Shown: piece by piece, positions 37,296 through 45,388 of the stretch
How positions within the stretch are numbered: the stretch's first letter is position 1
Layout: every line of letters starts with the position of its first letter
DNA from: an uncultured bacterium
GTDB taxonomy: Bacteria; Patescibacteriota; Minisyncoccia; Phycocordibacterales; DATDWN01
Direction: 5' to 3'
Assembly: GCA_903861205.1 (NCBI GenBank)
Contig: CAIOTC010000016.1
Span: forward strand, 10,243 to 74,242
Length of the DNA: 64,000 nt
Notes under the pieces: model-generated
The model's input: the letters and a program-made list of their open reading frames with translations, nothing else
The model's database searches: none
Told to the model about the DNA's origin: nothing
Position numbers and translations under genes: made by a program

Positions 37296-37804
37296 CAATC
37301 TTTTACATCATCATCGGCATTATCATAGTCACCGCTATAGTAATCGCTATCTCGCGTGGAGGTCTTGCTGATGTAGAGGAAAAAGCTAAATATCGCTATA
37401 ACCGCAAGAACTTTTTTCTTACTCGAGCGGAGCATGAATGCTACGACGCTCTCGTCGAAGCTGTCGGTGCCGAGTATCACATCTTTGCCCAAGTGCATTT
37501 GCCTACTTTGGTCGATCATACAGTTCGAGGACAGGACTGGCGTGCGGCTTTGGCGCATATCAATCGGAAGTCTGTTGATTTTGTGCTTTGTGACAAAGCA
37601 TATCTCTCGCCAAAACTTGCTATCGAGCTTGATGATAAATCGCACGAACGCGCGGACCGGCAGGAACGTGATCGTGAAGTAGAACGTATCTTGCGTGAAG
37701 CCGGTGTATCGCTCTTGAGACTTGAAAATCGCGGCAGTTTTAGCCCCAGCGAATTGGCTCAAAAAATCAAAGAGACACTTAACCCCAAGTCGACATCATT
37801 ATGA
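37292..37804 (+). CDS. Membrane-anchored DUF2726-like (nuclease-related) protein
   Basis: N-terminal TM. YRYNRKNFFLTRAEHECYDAL...IFAQVHL...DFVLCDK...AIELDDKSH matches the DUF2726 pattern. ATGA overlap with the upstream gene. Confidence 0.5.
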   Translation: MTIFYIIIGIIIVTAIVIAISRGGLADVEEKAKYRYNRKNFFLTRAEHECYDALVEAVGAEYHIFAQVHLPTLVDHTVRGQDWRAALAHINRKSVDFVLCDKAYLSPKLAIELDDKSHERADRQERDREVERILREAGVSLLRLENRGSFSPSELAQKIKETLNPKSTSL

Positions 37805-38274
37805 AAATCAACAACACATTCAAACTCATCATTTCGCTTATTATCCCGCAGTTGGCAGGAGGACTGGGTAGCTACTTTACCATCGGTTCGGTGAAAGATT
37901 GGTATCCGGTGCTGGAGAAGCCCGTTCTCAATCCACCGGCATGGATATTCGGACCGGTTTGGACGACGTTGTTTCTTTTGATGGGCTATGCACTTTATCT
38001 TGTCTGGAAGGACGAGAGTGGAAAAAGCAAAGGCCTGGCCTATTGGGCTTTTGGAATTCAAATGGTTTTAAACGCGCTATGGTCGATCATCTTTTTCGGC
38101 CTGCATAGCCCGGGCGGAGCACTTTTTGAGATGATTTTTCTTTGGCTAGCCATTCTCGCCACGATCATCGCTTTTGCTAAAATATCAAAACCGGCCGCAT
38201 GGCTCCTCGTGCCCTATATTCTCTGGGTCAGCTTTGCCGGGTATCTTAACTACGCCATCTGGGCATTAAATTAA
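37801..38274 (+). CDS. tspO: TspO/MBR family tryptophan-rich sensory protein
   Basis: Five TM helices with Trp/Pro-rich loops (NPPAWIFGPVWTTLF...AYWAFGIQMVLNALWSIIFF). ATGA overlap with the upstream gene. Confidence 0.75.
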   Translation: MKINNTFKLIISLIIPQLAGGLGSYFTIGSVKDWYPVLEKPVLNPPAWIFGPVWTTLFLLMGYALYLVWKDESGKSKGLAYWAFGIQMVLNALWSIIFFGLHSPGGALFEMIFLWLAILATIIAFAKISKPAAWLLVPYILWVSFAGYLNYAIWALN

Positions 38275-38275
38275 A

Positions 38276-38452
38276 ATGAGCACCGACGATCCAATCAAAG
38301 GCGAGCCTAGCGAAGAAGCTCCGGACGAGGATGTTAAGGATCTGATGGAAAGTCACGATCTCGATAAGGACACGGCCGAGCGCGTGCAAGAAATCATGGA
38401 CGATCTTGGTGTGGACGAGGACGACGCCGTTGAGATCGAGGAAAACTCATAA
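38276..38452 (+). CDS. Small acidic protein (58 aa), hypothetical
   Basis: ATG 2 nt after the tspO stop. MSTDDPIKGEPSEEAPDEDVKDLMESHDLDKDTAERVQEIMDDLGVDEDDAVEIEENS. Below the ORF-track size cutoff. Confidence 0.4.
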   Translation: MSTDDPIKGEPSEEAPDEDVKDLMESHDLDKDTAERVQEIMDDLGVDEDDAVEIEENS

Positions 38453-38457
38453 GACAT

Positions 38458-38664
38458 ATGCCAGAAACAAAAAAGAGCAACAAAAAGGAATGGAGACCTC
38501 GCACATTGCCTAAAGGCATGACAGTTAAGCAGATGGAGGAAATTTTTACTGATCGCTTGGCCAATCTGATTGTCCGACTTTTGGATTACCGGCACGAGCA
38601 GAAACTCAAGGCTCAAACCACGGGAGAAAGTAAGCCGGAAGATAACAATAAAAATCATGCTTAG
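38458..38664 (+). CDS. Small basic hypothetical protein (68 aa)
   Basis: ORF with an ATG 5 nt after the previous stop. Confidence 0.35.
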   Translation: MPETKKSNKKEWRPRTLPKGMTVKQMEEIFTDRLANLIVRLLDYRHEQKLKAQTTGESKPEDNNKNHA

Positions 38665-38845
38665 CGTTGAACGAGTAAAAGAGTTGATAAACGATCCGAA
38701 GCTCTCCGATAAGGAGGTTGAGGAAATTCGGGATCAGCTGTACATGCTTTCCGAGATTATGTTCGAACAGTGGCAGGCGGAAAGGATAAAAGCTAAAAAA
38801 GCCGAGCAAAAAGACAATGAGAAAAAAGAGGAACCCAAAATTTAA
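38657..38845 (+). CDS. Small hypothetical protein (62 aa)
   Basis: MLSVERVKELINDPKLSDKEVEEIRDQLYMLSEIMFEQWQAE. The ATG overlaps the previous stop. Confidence 0.35.
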   Translation: MLSVERVKELINDPKLSDKEVEEIRDQLYMLSEIMFEQWQAERIKAKKAEQKDNEKKEEPKI

Positions 38846-38997
38846 GGTTGAAGTGGAATACAGGGAGGTGCCGGATAAGAAAGACCGGGTGCGCCAGCTT
38901 TGGGATTTATTGGTTGTCTTACCCGATCCGGATAAAGCACCAAAAGAAACCGGTGAGTCGAGCAAGTAAGGCTGGCAGAATTTACTATGTCACTACG

Positions 38998-39027
38998 TTG
39001 ATATAGTAAGGCCGGTTACTATATCAA
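38998..39027. promoter_or_regulatory. 12-bp perfect inverted repeat ttgatatagtaa-ggccgg-ttactatatcaa upstream of ORF 39034; operator-like
   Basis: The arms are exact reverse complements around a 6-bp centre, 7 bp before the ATG of the zinc-ribbon protein. Confidence 0.35.
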
Positions 39028-39033
39028 TCGAGT

Positions 39034-40128
39034 ATGATAGAAGTCGCAAATACAGCTAAAGACACTTTGCATAGCGATGAATACGATCGAGAGACGGTTG
39101 AGGAATGCCGTCGGCTTGAACAGCGTTTTAGTGATAAGGAAAAAGAGGGAGACAAACCAGCCCCTTGGTACGGCTTAACTCGTGATCTAGCCCTTTATGC
39201 TTTGCGTGGCGAGAGATATCGCCGGAAGGAAGAAACCATCGCCCGACGTAGGAATGCGATGGCTGAATATCACGAGAAGCTGGACAAAGCAAAACCGGCA
39301 TCAATTGTGTATTGTCTGGCATGCCGATCGCAGATGAATGTTGTTGAGAAGGATTTACGAGGGTTTGGTAAAAAAGAACAAATTCTATTCTATTTTCGCT
39401 GTCCGGAGTGCAACGAGATGAGACGATTCTTTGATAACGGTGAGGAATACCGGCCAGCTCCACCATCGTGCATTAAATGCAGTACTCCGGTTGATCAGAC
39501 GTTCAAACGAGAAGGTTCTAAGCTGATCCATTCTTACACATGCGCCAAGTGTGGCTACCACGAGGACGACGTTATTGATCTCGATGAGAAACCGAAGGCT
39601 CCCAAAATTGATAAAGACTTCATCAAAGACCGAGAGAAGTATTGCATGAGTAAAAAGGAGGGCGACGATTACGTTAACTGGATAGTCCTCATGGAGCTTC
39701 CGCAGACAAAAGAAATGCTGGAAAGATATTCAGACGATCCTAAAGCCGACGTTATAAGCCAGATTAAAAAATTAAACATCGCTCAAGTTGAGGCTCTTTT
39801 GAAACCGGCCGTTGAGAAGGAAAAGTATCAGGACCTAGTTTTCGGCAAGCCAGAAATATATCAAGGGACTGTTATCTTGCCGTTTACGATTCAAGATACT
39901 TCGGCCGATAGGAACGACTACGACAGCCAGCTTTTTCTTAAACGTTTGATCGACGAGGCACTCGGCGAGACTAACTGGCGTGCCATGAGCGATGACTTTG
40001 GTTATAAGCTTGGATTGCTTAACGGACGGATACGAGGCGTGGAGAGTGAGAAGGACTTGGCCGAGTTGGCAAGGGTGCGACAGAAAAAACAGGACAAAGT
40101 ATCCGGTTCGGTTGAGGACAAAAGTTAA
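39034..40128 (+). CDS. Multi-zinc-ribbon hypothetical protein (364 aa)
   Basis: Four CxxC pairs (CLACRS, CPECNE, CIKCST, CAKCGY). No other motif recognised. Confidence 0.45.
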   Translation: MIEVANTAKDTLHSDEYDRETVEECRRLEQRFSDKEKEGDKPAPWYGLTRDLALYALRGERYRRKEETIARRRNAMAEYHEKLDKAKPASIVYCLACRSQMNVVEKDLRGFGKKEQILFYFRCPECNEMRRFFDNGEEYRPAPPSCIKCSTPVDQTFKREGSKLIHSYTCAKCGYHEDDVIDLDEKPKAPKIDKDFIKDREKYCMSKKEGDDYVNWIVLMELPQTKEMLERYSDDPKADVISQIKKLNIAQVEALLKPAVEKEKYQDLVFGKPEIYQGTVILPFTIQDTSADRNDYDSQLFLKRLIDEALGETNWRAMSDDFGYKLGLLNGRIRGVESEKDLAELARVRQKKQDKVSGSVEDKS

Positions 40129-40511
40129 GCAATTATGACTCGGTGCAATTTGCTTAACATTGTTTGAGTTAAGCAAATCGTCCCACGTTCTCAAATTTGG
40201 TTTTACGGCTCGTCAGTGTCTCAATTGGTGCAAAGCTCTTACTCTCGGCACAAAGCTCGCCACAAGGGCAAACACGTGGCAACAACCGGGGCGTTTATTT
40301 GGGAGCCGATGTGGTCTGGAATGATCCCGATTTTTCTGATAAAATTACGGTTGTAAAAGGCAGGTTCCATGTGTTTAGGCATAAAGCGTTGAAAAGTCCG
40401 GAATTATGCCTGCCTCCGGGAGGACGACCGTTAAAAGGTCTTTAATCTCTCGGATATTTCGGAGAATTCCGTTCCAATTCAATTCCTTGATGGGCACTAG
40501 CATTTTTTATT

Positions 40512-40594
40512 GGGCGAGTGGTGCAACTGGCTAGACACGCTAGTCTTAGGAACTAGTGGAGTAATCCTTGGAGGTTCGAATCCTCTCTCGCCCA
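40512..40594 (+). tRNA. tRNA-Leu (TAG)
   Basis: Acceptor gggcgag/ctcgccc, anticodon stem ctagt/actag with loop ctTAGga, long variable arm, T-arm gaggttcgaatcctc, discriminator A. Confidence 0.7.
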
Positions 40595-40627
40595 CAAAAT
40601 TTGAAACCGCGAAAGCGGTTTTAATTT

Positions 40628-40670
40628 TGTGGACGAGAGCAAAGCATTGCTTTGCGAAGAGGATTCGAAC
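40628..40670 (-). repeat. Inverted partial copy of the tRNA-Leu(TAG) 3' end (T-arm plus acceptor) interrupted by a short hairpin; candidate att-site remnant
   Basis: The minus strand reads gttcgaatcctct[tcgcaaagcaatgctttgc]tctcgtccaca, against gttcgaatcctctctcgcccaca in the tRNA. A small hairpin aaaccgc-gaaa-gcggttt lies between the two. Confidence 0.45.
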
Positions 40671-40849
40671 GACGGAGCGGGTACCAGCTTAGCAAAGCTG
40701 GTCGCGAGTCGGTGCCCAGCCTAAAATTTTCTGGCGAGAAAATTTTAAGGCGAGGGAGACATCCCCCTCGCCCACTGGACAAAATAACTTTTTGTGATAC
40801 AATGCACCCCAGAGTGTCGTTCTTTGACACTTGAAAGGAAAGGACAAAA

Positions 40850-42151
40850 ATGGCAACAACACCGCCAAGTCTTCCGCCGCCCAACACTCCAGTTGTGGCT
40901 ATTAGTTATGCTGCTGGAATTTCCGCGACAGCGTTGGTAACCAACTTGGTCTTCCTCGCTTTATCGGCGTCGATGATCTTCACAGGAGTATTTCTTGGAC
41001 AACATAAGTCCATCTCAACTCTTGTCACGATTAACGTGTTCTCGCTAGGTATTACGCTTTTGCTTTTGCAAGCAATACATCTCGGATTGAGTTTGCAGAT
41101 AGTACTGGAAAATCGTTCTGCCATGCTGCTCCGATTCGGAGCATACGCCGGAAACGTAAAACCTGGTCTGGTATATGTTATGTGGCCGCTCTATCAACTG
41201 ATTTCGGTTACAAAAAACATGATCGAGTTCGATATTCCGGATTCGCCAGAAAAAATATTTCACGGTGATCTCACCGAAGACACCAGTGACGGTGTTGTGC
41301 CAAAAGGCTACACACCGGCATTAAGAATTACATTTGCACCTCCGCAACCACTTGAAAAGGACAAGGATGGCTACGAGGTGACTATCAAGGATCCAATCAA
41401 GGGCGGTCAGGAGACAAAATCACTGATCATTCCCAAAGATGATGCCTATTACAAACGAAACACGACGGAAATTGAAGCCTCAGTCGGTTTTTGTGTGACA
41501 AACCTGCGAACTTTCTACGAAAAAATTGGGAGTGTAGACAACGCCAGCCGCAGCATGAACGATCATGCTGTCTCCGGTCTGAACAGTCGACTTCCAAAAT
41601 TCACATTAGCCGAAGCTTTGCTCCGACTCGACGAATTTGCCTTCGGTATGATAGAGGATCTGACTCAGTACTCCAACGATTGGGGTATCTGCGTGGTTTT
41701 CTTCCGCTTCAAACACCCCGGCGTTAGCCACACCTTAAACGCTGCTGTGTCCGGTGTCGCTGTTGCGGGCGAAAACCTGAAGACAACAAGGCTCGCGGCC
41801 GAAGGAATAAAAACAACGTTGACACAAACCGGTCTTGGCAAAGCAAATGCTGAGTTCGATCTCCTGTCAGCTAGAGGTCATGCATTAAAAGAAATGGCCG
41901 ATGTCGCGGCTACTCCCGGTGGCGCGCTCGCAATGACCGTCAACGCAACGCAGGAAGCATTAGTTGCGGCAAAAACCGTGATCGTTCCGACTGATAACAT
42001 CATGGGAATGATTGCCGGAGCATCAGGAATGCTCAAAAATATTCCGGATATACCAACCGCAAATCAGGATCAAACTCCTCCGAAAAAAGAGCAGGAGTAT
42101 GGAGCTGACGTGAAGAAATACGGTGGCAAGAAAGGAAAGGATAAGAAATGA
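40850..42151 (+). CDS. SPFH/Band-7 domain membrane protein
   Basis: N-terminal TM helices, then LRFGAYAGNVKPGLVYVMWPLYQLISVTKNMIEFDIP, the SPFH beta-region pattern. Lys-rich C-terminal tail. Confidence 0.55.
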   Translation: MATTPPSLPPPNTPVVAISYAAGISATALVTNLVFLALSASMIFTGVFLGQHKSISTLVTINVFSLGITLLLLQAIHLGLSLQIVLENRSAMLLRFGAYAGNVKPGLVYVMWPLYQLISVTKNMIEFDIPDSPEKIFHGDLTEDTSDGVVPKGYTPALRITFAPPQPLEKDKDGYEVTIKDPIKGGQETKSLIIPKDDAYYKRNTTEIEASVGFCVTNLRTFYEKIGSVDNASRSMNDHAVSGLNSRLPKFTLAEALLRLDEFAFGMIEDLTQYSNDWGICVVFFRFKHPGVSHTLNAAVSGVAVAGENLKTTRLAAEGIKTTLTQTGLGKANAEFDLLSARGHALKEMADVAATPGGALAMTVNATQEALVAAKTVIVPTDNIMGMIAGASGMLKNIPDIPTANQDQTPPKKEQEYGADVKKYGGKKGKDKK

Positions 42152-43323
42152 TTCCAATCCTAATCTTGATCGCTTTTGTGGCAGTGATTATCATTGCTAT
42201 ACGTAGATTTTTTCCAAAACTTGGATCGACGGAGGACCTTGATTCAAAACCAAAGCCCCCGTCTCAAAACAAACAAAACGAGGATGAGACTAAAGCGCCT
42301 GCAAAAACTCCACCAAAGCCTCGGTGGAAAACTTCGTGGAACTCTACATGGGCCAAAATCCAAGAAAATTGGCAGGTGCTAGCTGGTATAGTAATATGCC
42401 ACGTACTTCTGTTGATTTTCTTTTACCGCCGATTTGAGTGGTATAGAGATCTCTTTTGGTGCTGGCTCTATTGGTTTGATCACCTAGTGATTCTTGTCGC
42501 TCTTGTGTTTTTTCGCAAGCGCGACGATAAAGGCAAACCAACCAAAGAATTGCATGCGTTTGGAAGTTTAATGCTGGTTCTGCTTCTCATCGGAAATTGC
42601 TTTGCCTTGGCAGAGTGGAACTGGGGACCGCACGAAACTTGGTGGATGTTCAGCCCTTCGGCCTCACATTCTCCAAGCGTTCAAAACGAAAGGGCCCCCG
42701 AATCTCCCGTAATCTCCGCCAAGTTGTCAGCCGCGAATCCGGATGGCGAAATCAGGGTGCGGGAGTTCTGGGACAAAAATCCGCCAAAGGGTCCGGTGAT
42801 CGAAATCGCAAACGTCGCCTGGATGGAATCGGACTTTCAACAGTTCAATCCGACTGATAGGACAGAGCCGTTTATCCATGTGAACGATGACGGGAGTAAG
42901 GATATCGGAGTTTACATGATCAACGACGTCCAGTGGAAAAAAGAACTTGCTTCGCCGAAAATTCCACCCGAGATCAGGTCATACGATTTGACAACTTGGG
43001 AAGGAAATTTGGCGGCAGCACATTACCTCGAAAATAAGTACGGGGCAAAGAACTGGAGCACGTACGACGATGTCAGGCTCAGATTGTCTGGTGAGCCATA
43101 CACTAGAACCGCTCCGGTGGATGGTTGGAGTAAGCGTGTTTACGCTCACCCAGATATTGTCGTAAACATTTACGTCGACGGCGATGTGGTAGTTCGAAAC
43201 GACAAAGGCCAATTTTTCAAGGGCGGGCCAAAAATATTTCAAAACTATGGTCTGTCGAAATGGGTTCAGTACCAGTCCGCAACCGGACAGCCAGTAACAT
43301 TGTCCATAAAACCTTTCAAGTAA
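42148..43323 (+). CDS. Membrane protein with C-terminal lytic transglycosylase (VirB1/SLT-like) domain
   Basis: ANVAWMESDFQQFNP...GSKDIGVYMINDVQW matches the family-1 SLT/VirB1 ES-x-F-x-P...D-x-G-L-M-Q-I-N block. N-terminal TM segments. Confidence 0.5.
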   Translation: MIPILILIAFVAVIIIAIRRFFPKLGSTEDLDSKPKPPSQNKQNEDETKAPAKTPPKPRWKTSWNSTWAKIQENWQVLAGIVICHVLLLIFFYRRFEWYRDLFWCWLYWFDHLVILVALVFFRKRDDKGKPTKELHAFGSLMLVLLLIGNCFALAEWNWGPHETWWMFSPSASHSPSVQNERAPESPVISAKLSAANPDGEIRVREFWDKNPPKGPVIEIANVAWMESDFQQFNPTDRTEPFIHVNDDGSKDIGVYMINDVQWKKELASPKIPPEIRSYDLTTWEGNLAAAHYLENKYGAKNWSTYDDVRLRLSGEPYTRTAPVDGWSKRVYAHPDIVVNIYVDGDVVVRNDKGQFFKGGPKIFQNYGLSKWVQYQSATGQPVTLSIKPFK

Positions 43324-43330
43324 AACAAAA

Positions 43331-43366
43331 CCACGCAACCCGAACGGGATGCGTGGCTTTTTTTAT
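43331..43366. terminator. Bidirectional rho-independent terminator (ccacgca...tgcgtgg with flanking A/T runs)
   Basis: Lies between the convergent ORF 42148-43323 (+) and the pilin array (-). Confidence 0.65.
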
Positions 43367-43377
43367 TTTTTATTTTC

Positions 43378-43644
43378 CTACAACGTCAGGTTACTCGGCT
43401 TTGGGATCCCGAATGATGTCAGAACAAAATTTATGATGCCGTAGACCGAAAACATAATGACCATGCCGACAATCCCATATATTATTGCGTCTCTTGCCTC
43501 CGTTCTCTTGCTGTCGCCGGCTTCCAAGTTTAAAAACTTGAAAATGCCGTAAACAAAATACAAGAAAGAAAGCGCAAACAAAAGCAAGATGAGTGGATTT
43601 AGGATTAAATCACTGACCTTTTGAAGAAATGGGACAATTGACAT
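43378..43644 (-). CDS. VirB2/TrbC-like pilin-family small membrane protein (paralog 1, no signal peptide)
   Basis: Two hydrophobic helices around the charged loop EAGDSKRTEARDAIIYG. Same family as the five upstream ORFs. Confidence 0.4.
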   Translation of the reverse strand: MSIVPFLQKVSDLILNPLILLLFALSFLYFVYGIFKFLNLEAGDSKRTEARDAIIYGIVGMVIMFSVYGIINFVLTSFGIPKPSNLTL

Positions 43645-43657
43645 GCAGGATTATGGA

Positions 43658-44020
43658 TTATTGCAATGGAACCTGAGGGAGAGATCCGGGTATGGCAGTA
43701 CCCGTCAAGCCAGTTGCATTAACAAGAAACGTAACCAGACCGAATATTGCGATAATAACAACCAAACCGATAATACCCCAGAGCATAGCTTGCTTGCCTT
43801 CTTTTCGTTTTTCCTCATCACCGGCGTTCATAACGAATTTGACCACACCGTAGATGAAGTAGACGATAGCGACAGCGAACAAAATTGGAATGATTGTGCT
43901 GTTTATAAAGGTCAGTATCGTACCGCCAAAACTAGTTAAACTGCCAGCTACAGCTGACGGTGCCTGTGCAAGAGCCAAAACTGGACCAAATGCCAACAAA
44001 CCATAAATAATTTTTTTCAT
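43658..44020 (-). CDS. VirB2/TrbC-like pilin-family protein (paralog 2)
   Basis: Signal peptide MKKIIYGLLAFGPVLALA, then TM-loop-TM with NAGDEEKRKEGKQAMLWGI. Confidence 0.45.
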   Translation of the reverse strand: MKKIIYGLLAFGPVLALAQAPSAVAGSLTSFGGTILTFINSTIIPILFAVAIVYFIYGVVKFVMNAGDEEKRKEGKQAMLWGIIGLVVIIAIFGLVTFLVNATGLTGTAIPGSLPQVPLQ

Positions 44021-44145
44021 TTGTTAATTAATTATTAATAAAACTAATAATAGTAAACCTCAAAACACACCGACCACTTTTGATAAAGTTATGTATAAAT
44101 TATAATACTTGCCGGACTGCAAGACAAGAGACCTGTGGATAGCGA

Positions 44146-44523
44146 TTAACAACCTGGAATAGTCCATGATTCGGCTACATTGCAATTTGGATTACCACTT
44201 CCCACGCTTGGCTTTATACCTGTTGTATTTCCAATAAATGTCAAAATACCATAAATGGAAACAATGACAAAAAGCGCCACGATGCCCCAAAGCATGCGCT
44301 GTTTGCCTTCCTCGCGAGCATCCTTGTCATCGGCATGCAAAATAAATTGCGCCATACCCCAGAAAAAGAAAATCAGGGCTATACCGAAAACAATCGGAAT
44401 GGTCAGATTAATTAATTTTGTTGCTGATGTCAGCAAATCCGTCAGGCCTTGCAGGGCGGCGAAGGAAACGACTGGTGTGATAATGCTCAAAACAAAAGCG
44501 ATTGATATTATATTTTTTTTCAT
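44146..44523 (-). CDS. VirB2/TrbC-like pilin-family protein (paralog 3)
   Basis: Signal peptide, then IPIVFGIALIFFFWGMAQFILHADDKDAREEGKQRMLWGIVALFVIV. Confidence 0.45.
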   Translation of the reverse strand: MKKNIISIAFVLSIITPVVSFAALQGLTDLLTSATKLINLTIPIVFGIALIFFFWGMAQFILHADDKDAREEGKQRMLWGIVALFVIVSIYGILTFIGNTTGIKPSVGSGNPNCNVAESWTIPGC

Positions 44524-44536
44524 ATTAATAAATAAG

Positions 44537-44971
44537 TTACTTAATTTTTATTTGTGGCACAATCCCGCCAGTGTTGTCGATAAAGCGATTATCCGGAGTT
44601 GTCTGGTTACTTCCAGGCAAAAGCGGTTTGACAATGTCGTTTTTGCCGAAAAATTCGTTGGAAACTATGCCCAGAATACTGCGAACCGAAACAAGAACAA
44701 ACAGCACGACCGCGCCCCAGATCATATATTGCCTGCCGGTTTTTAATTCGTCTTTGTTGCCGGCGTTTATGAGAAATTTGGTCAAACCCCAGAAAAAAGC
44801 GATAAAACAGAGAACGTAAAGAATCGGAATGACCAAGTAGATCAGGTTAGTGGCTTCCTCGACAACGCCTTTAAACGTCATGCCACCGGTCGAAAGACTG
44901 AAATCGGCAAAAAGCGGAAGCGGAGTCAAGAAAAACAAAAATAATAAATATTTTTTCATTTTAATGGGCAA
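44537..44971 (-). CDS. VirB2/TrbC-like pilin-family protein (paralog 4)
   Basis: Signal peptide, then IPILYVLCFIAFFWGLTKFLINAGNKDELKTGRQYMIWGAVVLFVLV. Confidence 0.45.
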   Translation of the reverse strand: MPIKMKKYLLFLFFLTPLPLFADFSLSTGGMTFKGVVEEATNLIYLVIPILYVLCFIAFFWGLTKFLINAGNKDELKTGRQYMIWGAVVLFVLVSVRSILGIVSNEFFGKNDIVKPLLPGSNQTTPDNRFIDNTGGIVPQIKIK

Positions 44972-45377
44972 TAAAAGAATTAACTGTGGTTTGAACGACC
45001 GCCGATATTCCGGCCGCGCCGAGCAGAACCCCCGCGCCTATGAGCGCCCACAACAAATTACGATTTGCATCCTCGATGGCTTTTGGATTGCCTTGGGCTT
45101 GAACATATTTCCAACCGGCCCAGATGATATAGCAGACCACCGCCACCGCGGCGATAGGCATGATGATGTTGTTTAGGATGGCCGTGATAAGTCCCAGAAG
45201 AGTGCTGCAATCCTGGCCGTCGCATTTGAGAGGGTTTGATATGGTGATTTGTTGGTTAACAGGAGTAGGGTTGTTATCGCCCGCTGGATTGAGTTGGCCT
45301 TGGGAATAAGCGACAAAAGGCAAAATAAAAAATACAAGTGTTGAACAAAACAATAAAATTCCTTTAAATTTTTTCAT
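44961..45377 (-). CDS. VirB2/TrbC-like pilin-family protein (paralog 5, divergent, Cys-containing N-domain)
   Basis: Signal peptide, then IMPIAAVAVVCYIIWAGWKYVQAQGNPKAIEDANRNLLWALIGAGVLL. Confidence 0.4.
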   Translation of the reverse strand: MKKFKGILLFCSTLVFFILPFVAYSQGQLNPAGDNNPTPVNQQITISNPLKCDGQDCSTLLGLITAILNNIIMPIAAVAVVCYIIWAGWKYVQAQGNPKAIEDANRNLLWALIGAGVLLGAAGISAVVQTTVNSFIAH

Positions 45378-45388
45378 AAATAATTTAT

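Noticed and set aside
38853-38969. Possible 38-aa GTG-initiated peptide (VEYREVPDKKDRVRQLWDLLVVLPDPDKAPKETGESSK) in the +1 frame after ORF 38657-38845
   Set aside because: It is too short and has no ATG start to call. It could alternatively reflect a frameshifted C-terminus, and I cannot distinguish the two from sequence alone.
40600-40760. tmRNA or a second tRNA on either strand
   Set aside because: GGATTCGAACGACGG recalls the tmRNA 5' region, but there is no matching 3' T-arm/acceptor with CCA. The segment is best explained as an inverted partial copy of the adjacent tRNA-Leu 3' end plus hairpins.
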